A stretch of 64,000 nucleotides of DNA from Patescibacteria group bacterium. GTDB lineage: Bacteria > Patescibacteriota > Minisyncoccia > Phycocordibacterales > UBA9973. This document shows positions 29,278 to 37,239 of this stretch, piece by piece. The stretch covers positions 133,864-197,863 of the forward strand of contig JAZKIP010000001.1 of assembly GCA_040384805.1 (NCBI GenBank), in the 5' to 3' direction. Positions within the stretch are counted from its first letter, which is position 1, and each line of letters begins with the position of its first letter. A program made the translations under genes and the position numbers. The notes beneath the pieces were generated by a model. It saw only the letters and a list, made by a program, of their open reading frames with translations. It was not told the DNA's origin and did no database searches.

Positions 29278-29775
29278 TTAATATTCTCCGACAATCAATC
29301 CCCCTGCTTCGTTTCTTCCTAGCCGTTTTTTGTCTTTGATATAAAACAGTGTGTCGTATGGTCGCCTTTTACAACACAAATAGTGCTCATCGGCTGCGTT
29401 GCGGTGTGCCTCTTGTTCAAGCGCAGTGAAATAGTATGCCTGTCTTCTGTCGAGCTTTTTAATGAGCCGTGCATAAGCATATTCAAGAATAAACAACACC
29501 CATGCTCCGATAATGAATAATTCCAGTTGTTGCTGAATATGAATAGTCTCATGACGTATCAATTCTCTATGATTTCGCGTATCCGCACGGACAAAAAGAA
29601 AAGGATAGAATGTAATCCCCATAGCATTCGATCCGAGAGAGATAAGTCTCCCGAGCCTCCGGACGACCATGTCAGATGTCACGATCCAGTAATACCCCTT
29701 GAACTCGAATTTCATAGCTTGATTATACCAGACAAGCTTTGCTTTTCTGTCGATTCTTTGATAGTATAAATCCAT
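29278..29775 (-). CDS. Putative HExxH zinc metallopeptidase-like protein. Start placed at MDLYYQ.
   Basis: HETIH (HExxH) motif in RNHRELIRHETIHIQQQLEL, followed by hydrophobic helices. The ORF track extends the N-terminus through the tandem 36-bp repeats to 29865. Family not assignable from the sequence. Confidence 0.4.
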   Translation of the reverse strand: MDLYYQRIDRKAKLVWYNQAMKFEFKGYYWIVTSDMVVRRLGRLISLGSNAMGITFYPFLFVRADTRNHRELIRHETIHIQQQLELFIIGAWVLFILEYAYARLIKKLDRRQAYYFTALEQEAHRNAADEHYLCCKRRPYDTLFYIKDKKRLGRNEAGGLIVGEY

Positions 29776-29865
29776 TCCGGAGTAGTTGAAATGCGAAGAT
29801 ATGCAGCATATAACTACTCTTGATGTCGTATTCCGGAGTAGTTGAAATGCGAAGATATGCAGCAT
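29774..29865 (+). repeat. Two perfect tandem copies of a 36-bp repeat that begins with the tRNA-Asn 5' end (ATTCCGGAGTAG)
   Basis: ATTCCGGAGTAGTTGAAATGCGAAGATATGCAGCAT at 29774..29809 and 29829..29864. The first 12 nt equal the 2 nt before tRNA-Asn plus its first 10 nt. Confidence 0.7.
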
Positions 29866-29883
29866 TTCAAGGGCGGAGGCGCA

Positions 29884-29913
29884 ATGGCGCCGAGACGGGG
29901 TCGCGAGATTTTT
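29884..29913 (+). promoter_or_regulatory. Copy 3 of the conserved GC-rich/palindromic motif, ~55 nt upstream of tRNA-Asn
   Basis: GGCGCCGAGACGGGGTCGCGAGATTTTTCAGCAGAAAAATAC. Compare the minus-strand readings of 3303..3332 and 2856..2883. Confidence 0.4.
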
Positions 29914-29967
29914 CAGCAGAAAAATACTTGTGACCAGCGGTCCCGCTGACTACTCCATCTAAAATAT

Positions 29968-30039
29968 TCCGGAGTAGCTCAGCGGTAGAGCAATCGACTG
30001 TTAATCGATTGGTCGCAGGTTCGATCCCTGCCTCCGGAG
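29968..30039 (+). tRNA. tRNA-Asn (anticodon GTT)
   Basis: TCCGGAGTAGCTCAGCGGTAGAGCAATCGACTGTTAATCGATTGGTCGCAGGTTCGATCCCTGCCTCCGGAG. Anticodon loop CTGTTAA. Confidence 0.85.
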
Positions 30040-30046
30040 CATAAAA

Positions 30047-30781
30047 CTAATTTTTTAAACCCGTCCACTGTATCAGGCTGACTTTCCAATCAGTAAAATC
30101 ACTATTTATTTCAACTAAGTAAGACACAGGATGATTATTCCCCAAACATGTAACTGAATAGTTTTGTGCGCCATCTGATTTTGTAGATACTAAACTGACA
30201 CAATATATGCTGCCGAATGGATGCTTACCATGAAAATTTTGATCTACTTTCCGTGGATGCCATTCTCCTGATCCATTACTAAATACAAAAACGGCAAGAT
30301 TTTTATTTTTTGCATATCCAGGATGCTCGGTATCCTTTTTCACCTTTTTATTTATTGCATCAATTATGAGCTCATCTGTAGTTAATAGTGTGTTCGTATT
30401 TGGAGGATTCATTGCAATGACATGCTCAAATAAATAGCCTTTTTTGGTCTGTTTGTTCATAATTATTCCATCACCTCCTTTGATTTCCTGGAATGTAAAA
30501 ACATCTCCATGAATTTCATTCAGCACAGCACACATCAACCAGTTCACCCATGCTTCTCTTGGTCTCATATCAAAACTGTTTCCATCATCAATTCCGATTC
30601 TATCTGTTTTTTTGGGTAAATTATTTCCATCAATCAAAAATGGTCGTCCTTTCATATCGGCACTTTTTACCATTGATTCAAGCTCTTTAAGAGTAGTTTT
30701 TAAATCCCTTATTCGATAACCAATTTTGTGCACAGTCCGGTCTTCTTCGGCTGAATCATTTGGTGTAGTATGTCCTGCCAT
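30047..30781 (-). CDS. Hypothetical protein (244 aa), first gene of the tRNA-Asn island
   Basis: ORF only. No integrase-like motifs. Confidence 0.4.
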   Translation of the reverse strand: MAGHTTPNDSAEEDRTVHKIGYRIRDLKTTLKELESMVKSADMKGRPFLIDGNNLPKKTDRIGIDDGNSFDMRPREAWVNWLMCAVLNEIHGDVFTFQEIKGGDGIIMNKQTKKGYLFEHVIAMNPPNTNTLLTTDELIIDAINKKVKKDTEHPGYAKNKNLAVFVFSNGSGEWHPRKVDQNFHGKHPFGSIYCVSLVSTKSDGAQNYSVTCLGNNHPVSYLVEINSDFTDWKVSLIQWTGLKN

Positions 30782-30823
30782 AAAATGATTTTACCATTTT
30801 TCATTTGTTTTGTGTCAAACTCT

Positions 30824-31000
30824 TTCGAATATCCTCCCACGTTTGGAGCTATTAAAATTTTAAGCCCTTAGCGGGGCTTGTAATTTTTTAGCTCCGGAGG
30901 AGTAAGGCAATTTCTTGCCTTACGTCAGGGATCGAAAGATTGGCAATGTTTCGGTTACAAAACTGCCAATCACGCGCAGTCAGCGCGATTCCCTGCCAAA
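30824..31000 (+). ncRNA. Structured repeat element A (~175 nt): tRNA-3'-end-like hairpin, long hairpin, conserved core, two covarying hairpins
   Basis: Shares the 48-nt core GCTCCGGAGGAGTAAGGCAATTTCTTGCCTTACGTCAGGGATCGAAAG with element B. Two downstream helices differ from B by compensatory changes. The core is an antisense copy of the tRNA-Asn 3' end split by a hairpin insertion. Confidence 0.45.
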
Positions 31001-31120
31001 ATTCTATGAATGGAAAAGGTGTACTGATCCTGTAAGGATCGATTCCTAGTCAATTACCCGTTGTAGACGAGATCTCTCCTTCTATTAGTATAAGTTCAAA
31101 CCTGTGATATAATTTTAATT

Positions 31121-31372
31121 ATGCAGGAACAACTTCCAAAGAAAAAATATACACTTGAAACTATTCCCAAAGATGTCGCAACAAGCGCTCATACATATTT
31201 AAGTGCTATTGCGTCAGGTACAGCTTCAAATGAGGAAATAAATTGGCTTATTGATAATATAGAACCTAAAGCCATTAAAGATTTATCCCGTCTAAATGAG
31301 TATCTTTCTGAATCAAAAGCTCTTGAAGAAATTATAAAACGGAAATCGCTCCCACCTAATTTTTTTGACTAA
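31121..31372 (+). CDS. Small hypothetical protein
   Basis: 83-aa ORF between structured elements A and B. Confidence 0.35.
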   Translation: MQEQLPKKKYTLETIPKDVATSAHTYLSAIASGTASNEEINWLIDNIEPKAIKDLSRLNEYLSESKALEEIIKRKSLPPNFFD

Positions 31373-31400
31373 GTAATTTGACTATCCTCGATAATAGCCA

Positions 31401-31572
31401 TTCGAACATCACCCCACGTTCGGAGCCATATAAAAAACCGCACTTTCGTGCAGTTTTTTATATGGCTCCGGAGGAGTAAGGCAATTTCTTGCCTTACGTC
31501 AGGGATCGAAAGTTTGGTGATATTTCGGTTACGAAATCACCAAACACGCCCTGTAAGGGAGATTCCCTGCCA
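31401..31572 (+). ncRNA. Structured repeat element B (~170 nt), paralog of element A
   Basis: The 48-nt core is identical to A. Helices TTGGTGA..TCACCAA (B) versus TTGGCA..TGCCAA (A), and CCCT-GTAA-GGGA (B) versus CGCGC-AGTCA-GCGCG (A). Long hairpin GAGCCATATAAAAAAC...GTTTTTTATATGGCTC. Confidence 0.45.
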
Positions 31573-31611
31573 TATGGTATATTCTAAATATATTCGATAC
31601 AATACATTTGT

Positions 31612-32100
31612 ATGACTGATATATCTACTCTTTTATCGCTTAAACAAATTTGGATTCTTTCTCCACTTGCCCAAATTGTTATTATGGTTGTTTTGTATAT
31701 TATAACTGGCTTTACACAGTTACCTTTCTACAAAAAAACTGGTAAGCTCTTTTATAACTATCCTCCAAACTCTTTCCTGATTTTTGCTCCCATATATGAA
31801 GAAGTGATTTTTCGAGGAATTCTTCTTGTAACATTTACAAATTTATATGGGCTAGTATGGGCAATAATCTTGCAATCAGTTTTATTTGGTCTTTGGCATC
31901 TACGATCACTTCTTTTTATGTCGCCTAAAAGAGTTACGATTCAAGTCCTCTATACAGGTCTTATTCTAGGGCCACTATTTGCCATTATTACTATCTGGGC
32001 TGGAACCATCTGGATAGCGGTTATCCTGCATTTCTTAAACAATTTCTTAGCTTGCGTAACCCACAGAGAATCCCAAGAGTTGCTTAGTGCACCAAAATAG
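31612..32100 (+). CDS. CPBP family intramembrane metalloprotease (CAAX protease/Abi-like)
   Basis: EEVIFRG motif 1, FGLWH motif 2, and HFLNNF motif 3 in TM helices. Confidence 0.65.
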   Translation: MTDISTLLSLKQIWILSPLAQIVIMVVLYIITGFTQLPFYKKTGKLFYNYPPNSFLIFAPIYEEVIFRGILLVTFTNLYGLVWAIILQSVLFGLWHLRSLLFMSPKRVTIQVLYTGLILGPLFAIITIWAGTIWIAVILHFLNNFLACVTHRESQELLSAPK

Positions 32101-32105
32101 TCACT

Positions 32106-32129
32106 CAAGCATCGTCCAAGTTCGGAGCA
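32106..32129 (+). repeat. Hairpin-repeat family copy (partial, right arm only)
   Basis: CAAGCATCGTCCAAGTTCGGAGCA, immediately after the stop of ORF 31612. Confidence 0.4.
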
Positions 32130-32142
32130 TCATAAGTTATCC

Positions 32143-32772
32143 TTATTTATTAAGGTTATTTTTTCTACTTAAGAATAATTTAGAATTAGGATTATCATAG
32201 TAAGTTTTACATGCATCTTCAAAAACTTCTTGGAAAATTTCTTTTACATAAACAGAACTCTTGGCGATAAACTCTTCGTCTTTTTTACAAAATTGTTCAT
32301 AAGTGACACCAAAACTTTTATAAGGACGCCAATTATCAATATCTCCCATGATTATTCCTTGCATCTTGTCCACACTCCAAACAAAAAGTGCCTCTTCATT
32401 AAGTTCTTCATAACTATTTAATGTTTCAGTAAAATCCTTGAAGTCACGAAATTCATTACCTATCTTATCTAGTTCAAGACTCTCGCGTTCTTTTTTAAGA
32501 TTCTTTTCTTCTTTTCCCGCATAGGTATTTACATCGGACTTTAAGCCTCGCTCTGAAAAATCATGTATTAATGCGTATTTTAATATTTTTTCTAAATTTA
32601 GAGGCGGCTTCACCGTTTCATAGATCTTCCAACAAAGCATCGCCAAAGAAAAAGAGTGTTCTACTACATTTTCATGACGCTCAATTCCAGGAACACTATG
32701 ATTACGTTCGACCTTCATTATTTCCAAAACCAACTGTTGAATCTCGCTTAATGAAGTTAGGTTAGATTTCAT
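32143..32772 (-). CDS. HD-domain phosphohydrolase-like protein
   Basis: H...HD metal-binding signature: ENVVEHSFSLAMLCWKIYE ... YALIHDFSE. Confidence 0.55.
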   Translation of the reverse strand: MKSNLTSLSEIQQLVLEIMKVERNHSVPGIERHENVVEHSFSLAMLCWKIYETVKPPLNLEKILKYALIHDFSERGLKSDVNTYAGKEEKNLKKERESLELDKIGNEFRDFKDFTETLNSYEELNEEALFVWSVDKMQGIIMGDIDNWRPYKSFGVTYEQFCKKDEEFIAKSSVYVKEIFQEVFEDACKTYYDNPNSKLFLSRKNNLNK

Positions 32773-32803
32773 AACTCTATTCTATCATACTCATCCGAAC
32801 ATC

Positions 32804-32830
32804 GTCCCAGGTTCGGAGCAAATTTTTGAG
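32804..32830 (+). repeat. Hairpin-repeat family copy
   Basis: TCCGAACATCGTCCCAGGTTCGGAGCA. Arms CCGAAC/GTTCGG around loop ATCGTCCCAG. Confidence 0.5.
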
Positions 32831-32897
32831 CCATATAATTGAATGGTTATTTTTTCTATTTTAGCGCAAATTCGAACTCGTGATACAATAAATATAT

Positions 32898-33431
32898 ATG
32901 GGAAAATCTAAACCTCAAAAAATAATACACGGTACAGGAATGGAAACCGTTACATTCAGACAGGTAGAGATGTTTACAGAGATGGCAAACAAGGTTTTTG
33001 AAGAGCAAAAAAAAGAAATTTTAGCCAAACTACCTTATGCTGAAGTTCATCATATTGGCAGCACAACTATACCAGGTTCAATAACAAAAGGAGATCTAGA
33101 TGTTAATGTAAGAGTTGAAAAAAAAGATTTCAATACGGCTATTGAATCAATGAAACAAATGTATGATATAAATCAGCCAGAAAACTGGAGAGGAGGTTTT
33201 GCAAGTTTCCAGACTGATACACTAGAAATAGATTTTGGAGCTCAGTTAACTATTATAGATTCAGAAGAAGATGTTTTTTTAAGAAACAAAGCTGTCTTGC
33301 AATCTCATCCTGAACTTGTTGAAAAGCTGAATCAAATTAAATTAAAATATGAAGGTAAATTAATGACTGCATATAGAAAAGAAAAGTATGAGTTTTTTAA
33401 ACAAATTGAATTCCAAAAACAAGACAACTAA
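32898..33431 (+). CDS. GrpB (UPF0157) family nucleotidyltransferase-fold protein
   Basis: HHIGSTTIPGSITKGDLDVNV matches the GrpB signature HVGSTSVPGL.AKPIIDI. Confidence 0.55.
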   Translation: MGKSKPQKIIHGTGMETVTFRQVEMFTEMANKVFEEQKKEILAKLPYAEVHHIGSTTIPGSITKGDLDVNVRVEKKDFNTAIESMKQMYDINQPENWRGGFASFQTDTLEIDFGAQLTIIDSEEDVFLRNKAVLQSHPELVEKLNQIKLKYEGKLMTAYRKEKYEFFKQIEFQKQDN

Positions 33432-33482
33432 CATTTAATTTTCTTTAAGTTTTCTGCTTGTCTATGCTTGTCTAAAAGGGCT

Positions 33483-33510
33483 TTCCGAACATCCTCCCAC
33501 GTTCGGAGCA
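33483..33510 (+). repeat. Hairpin-repeat family copy (consensus-like)
   Basis: TTCCGAACATCCTCCCACGTTCGGAGCA. Confidence 0.5.
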
Positions 33511-33616
33511 AACGAAAACCGCTTTAGAAATAAGGAAATTTTTGTGACCTTAATAGAAGTTTGAACCTAGTGATATAATACACTTAGGTTCTATTATTAA
33601 TTATAAAATAATATTT

Positions 33617-33802
33617 ATGAGAAAACTTAAATGTAAAGATATAAACCCAACTACAACATGCAATTACGAAGCTACTGCTGAGAGTGCTCAAGAGGTAGCT
33701 CTAAAAATGATAGAACATGCAAAAATCCACCATACAGCCGATGTAGAAAATATGACAGACGGAGAAATGATCAAAGCATTTGAAGCCAAAGTACATGAGT
33801 AG
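33617..33802 (+). CDS. DUF1059-like small protein
   Basis: 61 aa. MRKLKCKD...C....E.....HAK.HH pattern. Confidence 0.4.
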   Translation: MRKLKCKDINPTTTCNYEATAESAQEVALKMIEHAKIHHTADVENMTDGEMIKAFEAKVHE

Positions 33803-33835
33803 ATAAAGAGTATTTAATTATTAAATTAAAAAAAC

Positions 33836-34213
33836 ATGAAAACAAATAGTAAAAAATATGTTGATGGTTTTGTTATCCCGATAAAAAAGAAAGATCTAGC
33901 AGCTTACAAGAAGATGGCAGAATGGGGGGCTAAAATATGGAAAAAGAACGGTGCATTGGAGTATTTTGAGTGCGTGGGAGATGATTTAAAAGTACAAAAA
34001 GGCGGGGGACAAGGCTTTGCCAAACTTGCAAAGCTCAAACCAAATGAAACAGTAGTTTTTTCATGGATCGTATACAAATCTAAGGCGCATCGCGATCAGG
34101 TGAACAAGAAAGTAATGAGCGATCCTAGTATGAATAGTTTCGACCCCTCTACGATGCCATTTGATATGAGGCGTTTTGCTACTGGCGGGTTCAAACCAAT
34201 AGCGGAAGCCTAA
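33836..34213 (+). CDS. DUF1428 (YbaA-like) protein, paralog 1
   Basis: KYVDGFVIPIKKKDLAAYKKMAEWGAKIWKKNGALEYFECVGDDL ... VVFSWIVYKSKAHRDQVNKKVMSDP...MPFDMRRFATGGF aligns with E. coli YbaA along its full length. Confidence 0.65.
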   Translation: MKTNSKKYVDGFVIPIKKKDLAAYKKMAEWGAKIWKKNGALEYFECVGDDLKVQKGGGQGFAKLAKLKPNETVVFSWIVYKSKAHRDQVNKKVMSDPSMNSFDPSTMPFDMRRFATGGFKPIAEA

Positions 34214-34232
34214 TAAATTAAACTGTTAAAGT

Positions 34233-34263
34233 TCTTCGAACTTCGTTCCAAATTCGAAGCCAT
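34233..34263 (+). repeat. Hairpin-repeat family copy (diverged)
   Basis: TTCTTCGAACTTCGTTCCAAATTCGAAGCCA. Confidence 0.4.
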
Positions 34264-34490
34264 TACCCAATAGGGATTTGCCTGCTCTCTTTTTACAAGG
34301 TGTAGAATTTTCTTGTCGAAAAAAATTTTAATTTCCAAAATTGACTTATATATAAAACCATGCTACTATATGTTTTATAAATTAGTTCTTTGATAGATGG
34401 TTATTTATTGTTTGTTTTATTAAGTTCCTTCTGTTTCTTTAAAGAATTAGAAGGAGCTTAATAAATCTCTAACAATTAAAAAAACCAAAG

Positions 34491-34850
34491 ATGAAACAAG
34501 CGATTTTAATTATTGCAATTGCAAGCCTTCTGTCTTGTACTTCTGACATCCCCCAAACCACCCCGGAACCTGGGGCTGTTAGCAGCATAAAGCTGCAATT
34601 CGAAGACAATACCGTCGACTATTCGACGGATGAAAGTTTTCGTAAATTTAAGGTCGGCGATAAACTGACCGTTCAGCGGTCAAGTGATGGATATTCATCC
34701 TCTGAATGGGAAGTGTCCTCATCTCCCATTGTAAGGGATACTGTCACATGGGCTCCTTACTTAAAAACCTTCCCAGAAGCAAGCATATACGCGGGGCATA
34801 CATACCGGGAAGAGAGGGCCTACCGTAAGGCCGTAATAGTTAAAAATTAA
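34491..34850 (+). CDS. Putative lipoprotein
   Basis: MKQAILIIAIASLLSCTSD lipobox-type signal. It is preceded by a ~110-nt leader homologous to the one before ORF 36297. Confidence 0.45.
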   Translation: MKQAILIIAIASLLSCTSDIPQTTPEPGAVSSIKLQFEDNTVDYSTDESFRKFKVGDKLTVQRSSDGYSSSEWEVSSSPIVRDTVTWAPYLKTFPEASIYAGHTYREERAYRKAVIVKN

Positions 34851-34911
34851 GACCTGGGTCTAAACTCAAGGCTGATACTTACGTATCAGCCTTTTTTATT
34901 TCTTTAAAATA

Positions 34912-34943
34912 CCATTCGAACATCCTCCTGTATTCGAAGCTAC
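34912..34943 (+). repeat. Hairpin-repeat family copy (diverged), preceded by a terminator hairpin at 34869..34898
   Basis: CCATTCGAACATCCTCCTGTATTCGAAGCTA. Confidence 0.4.
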
Positions 34944-35286
34944 CTATTGACTTATATGATGAAATATGTTATTATATAAGTAATAATAATTCATTTTTTA
35001 CACGGTTTTTGATTACATAAAGAGATGACTTTAGGGTCTTTAAGGAAGTTAAAATCATCTATTTATAATAACCCAAAAAACTAAGAAATGAAAAAAATTT
35101 TTGTTTTTGTTCTTCTTGTAATTATGTTGACTTCTTGCGCAACAACCAAAAAGGATTGCCAGGGGGTTAAACATTATAAGCAAAAAGGCGGATTTTACAT
35201 GTAAGCCGCAGCAAAGCTATCTGGTTGTTTTAATTCCAGATAGCTTTTCTTTATTCACAATCTATAAATCATTCTAAATTTATCTC

Positions 35287-35631
35287 TTACAATCTCTTTT
35301 TAGAAAGTTTACCAAGTACATACTTTTGCGAAGGGCTTATCGGCTTATCTGTTCGGTGAGTACACCCTATCCAGCAGCACGGGCGGCGCTTCCCTTCTGC
35401 AAGTTCCGCAATAACTCTTTTGACATGTTCTTTTCTCGTCTCTTCGCTCTTGACCGAGACAGTCCAGCAGATCCACTCATTGCGCGCAAGCCGCGTAATA
35501 TCTTCCCACGCCGCAAGAGCCTTCCTGGAAGCAGTAAGAGCCTTTCGCAAATCCTCCGGTAATGCATGCGCCGTACCACTCGAAATTCCTTTTGTAGGCA
35601 TATAATTATAATAACATATAAACAAAAGCAT
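35287..35631 (-). CDS. YdeI/OmpD-associated family protein-like
   Basis: LPEDLRKALTASRKALAAWEDITRLARNEWICWTVSVKSEETRKEHVKRVIAEL resembles the PF13376-type pattern. Confidence 0.45.
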   Translation of the reverse strand: MLLFICYYNYMPTKGISSGTAHALPEDLRKALTASRKALAAWEDITRLARNEWICWTVSVKSEETRKEHVKRVIAELAEGKRRPCCWIGCTHRTDKPISPSQKYVLGKLSKKRL

Positions 35632-35697
35632 TATTGACTTACTTTAAGACATGTTAAAATGAGTAGGTAGTTGATTATAAATTTATAAAAAAATAAC

Positions 35698-36087
35698 ATG
35701 AAAACAAATAGTAAGAAATATGTTGATGGATTCGTTATCCCTCTTAAGAAAAAAGATGTTGCAGCATACCGCAAGATGGCAGAATGGGGAGCAAAAACGT
35801 GGAAAAAGTACGGCGCGCTCGAATACTTTGAATGCATTGGAGATGACTTGAAAGTGCAAAAGGGTATGGGGCAAGGGTTTGGAAAACTCGCGAAATTGAA
35901 GCCCGATGAAACTGTCGCCTTTTCATGGATCGTCTATAAGTCTCGCAAGCATCGCGATGAGGTTAACAAGAAAGTTATGGAAGAAATGAACAAACCGGCA
36001 AACAAGAAGAAATACGAAGACCAGCCTATGCCAATGGATATGAAACGGTTCACGTATGGCGGATTTAAACCGATAGTTGAAGCTTAG
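35698..36087 (+). CDS. DUF1428 (YbaA-like) protein, paralog 2
   Basis: ~75% identical to the protein from 33836..34213 over the N-terminal 100 aa. Confidence 0.65.
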   Translation: MKTNSKKYVDGFVIPLKKKDVAAYRKMAEWGAKTWKKYGALEYFECIGDDLKVQKGMGQGFGKLAKLKPDETVAFSWIVYKSRKHRDEVNKKVMEEMNKPANKKKYEDQPMPMDMKRFTYGGFKPIVEA

Positions 36088-36296
36088 TAAATTAAGCCCG
36101 TAAGCTCTTCAAAGACGCATCTTCGCGTTCATATATAAATTATTGACAATTTATATATTTTATATTACTGTAAACTACAGTAATAGTTCTTTGATATTAT
36201 CAATTTAGTTGTTAGATTTTATTAGGTTCTCCCAGTCTCTATAGGGAAACTGAGAGAACTTAATAAATAATTTTACTAACAATTAAATATTTCAAT

Positions 36297-36734
36297 ATGA
36301 AAAAAGGTAATTTTTCCATATTTTTTGTCATTGCAATTTCTATGTTTTCATCCTCCTGCCGGTTATCAGAAAAAAGAAACAACGAAAAAATAGGAGCAGC
36401 AAGCCCGGAAGCAGTGGCAATAGATACTCTAACAAATTCGGAAATTGAGGCTGCTTACAGAATTCTCCCTCTTGATCAGCAATTAATACTATGGAGAATT
36501 TCAACTGTGACCGATCCTGAAGATGCTTATCAGATATATTTACATGCTTATGTGAATCGTATGAGTACAGAAGTCGAAGACATAGCTTATGCAAAATGGG
36601 AAGAATTGATGGTCATCAAAATCGACACTATGACTGATCCTGAAGAAGTTTACCGTATTTACTTGGATCTTTACGGAGAGGTCATTGAATCGGCAGCGTA
36701 TCAAAGGTATAAAAAATTAGGAGGGAAAAATTAA
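36297..36734 (+). CDS. Putative lipoprotein with an internal repeat
   Basis: Signal/lipobox FFVIAISMFSSSC. Duplicated motif TDPEDAYQIYLHAY / TDPEEVYRIYLDLY. Confidence 0.45.
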   Translation: MKKGNFSIFFVIAISMFSSSCRLSEKRNNEKIGAASPEAVAIDTLTNSEIEAAYRILPLDQQLILWRISTVTDPEDAYQIYLHAYVNRMSTEVEDIAYAKWEELMVIKIDTMTDPEEVYRIYLDLYGEVIESAAYQRYKKLGGKN

Positions 36735-37239
36735 ATGCATTTAACCAATAATCAAAAGCCACCCTTATCCGGTGGCTTTTTTATTTCTGATCGTATGGAA
36801 AGTTATGTAGTGTGTATCCCTTTTCTGTTCATTACGGGCAGAAATACGGTCTAAAAGATATGCACTAAGCTGCTTTGGAGATATCGCACCAAGAGAGATC
36901 TATGGTGCTCGTACTCTACTGTCATTCAAAACAGAGAAAAGTTCTTATCCTCTAAGGATTTTTCTCTACTGTGACCAACACTTTGGTTTACTTAGGCCCG
37001 GAAGCTGAAGGGATTTTTAATTGTGCTGTTGCTGATGTTGCAAAAGCAATTGCCATGGCGAATAAAAACATTTTTTTCATTTGTCAGAATTTTAGGTATG
37101 ATAAAAAAGTTAAATATTCAATTCTTTTAAGAAGACCATAACAATGGTAATATGTCAATATACTGTTGCCGTCACATTATTTTCTCATATTATAAAAGCC
37201 GGGTCATATGACCCGGCTTTTATATACATAAATTAACAT

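Noticed and set aside
30824-34943. Calling the island hairpin repeats integron attC sites
   Set aside because: They do pair AAC with GTT at the arm ends. But the R''/R' boxes are not canonical: YCCGAAC/GTTCGGR against the canonical RYYYAAC/GTTRRRY. The two halves are separated by only a 10-nt loop, not by L''/L' boxes. No intI gene or attI is visible. The similarity to the tRNA-Asn 3' end fits an att-core origin better.
36990-37085. Possible 30-aa minus-strand secreted peptide (MKKMFLFAMAIAFATSATAQLKIPSASGPK)
   Set aside because: It is below the ORF-track cutoff. The only support is a signal-peptide-like hydrophobic stretch, which is too weak to annotate.
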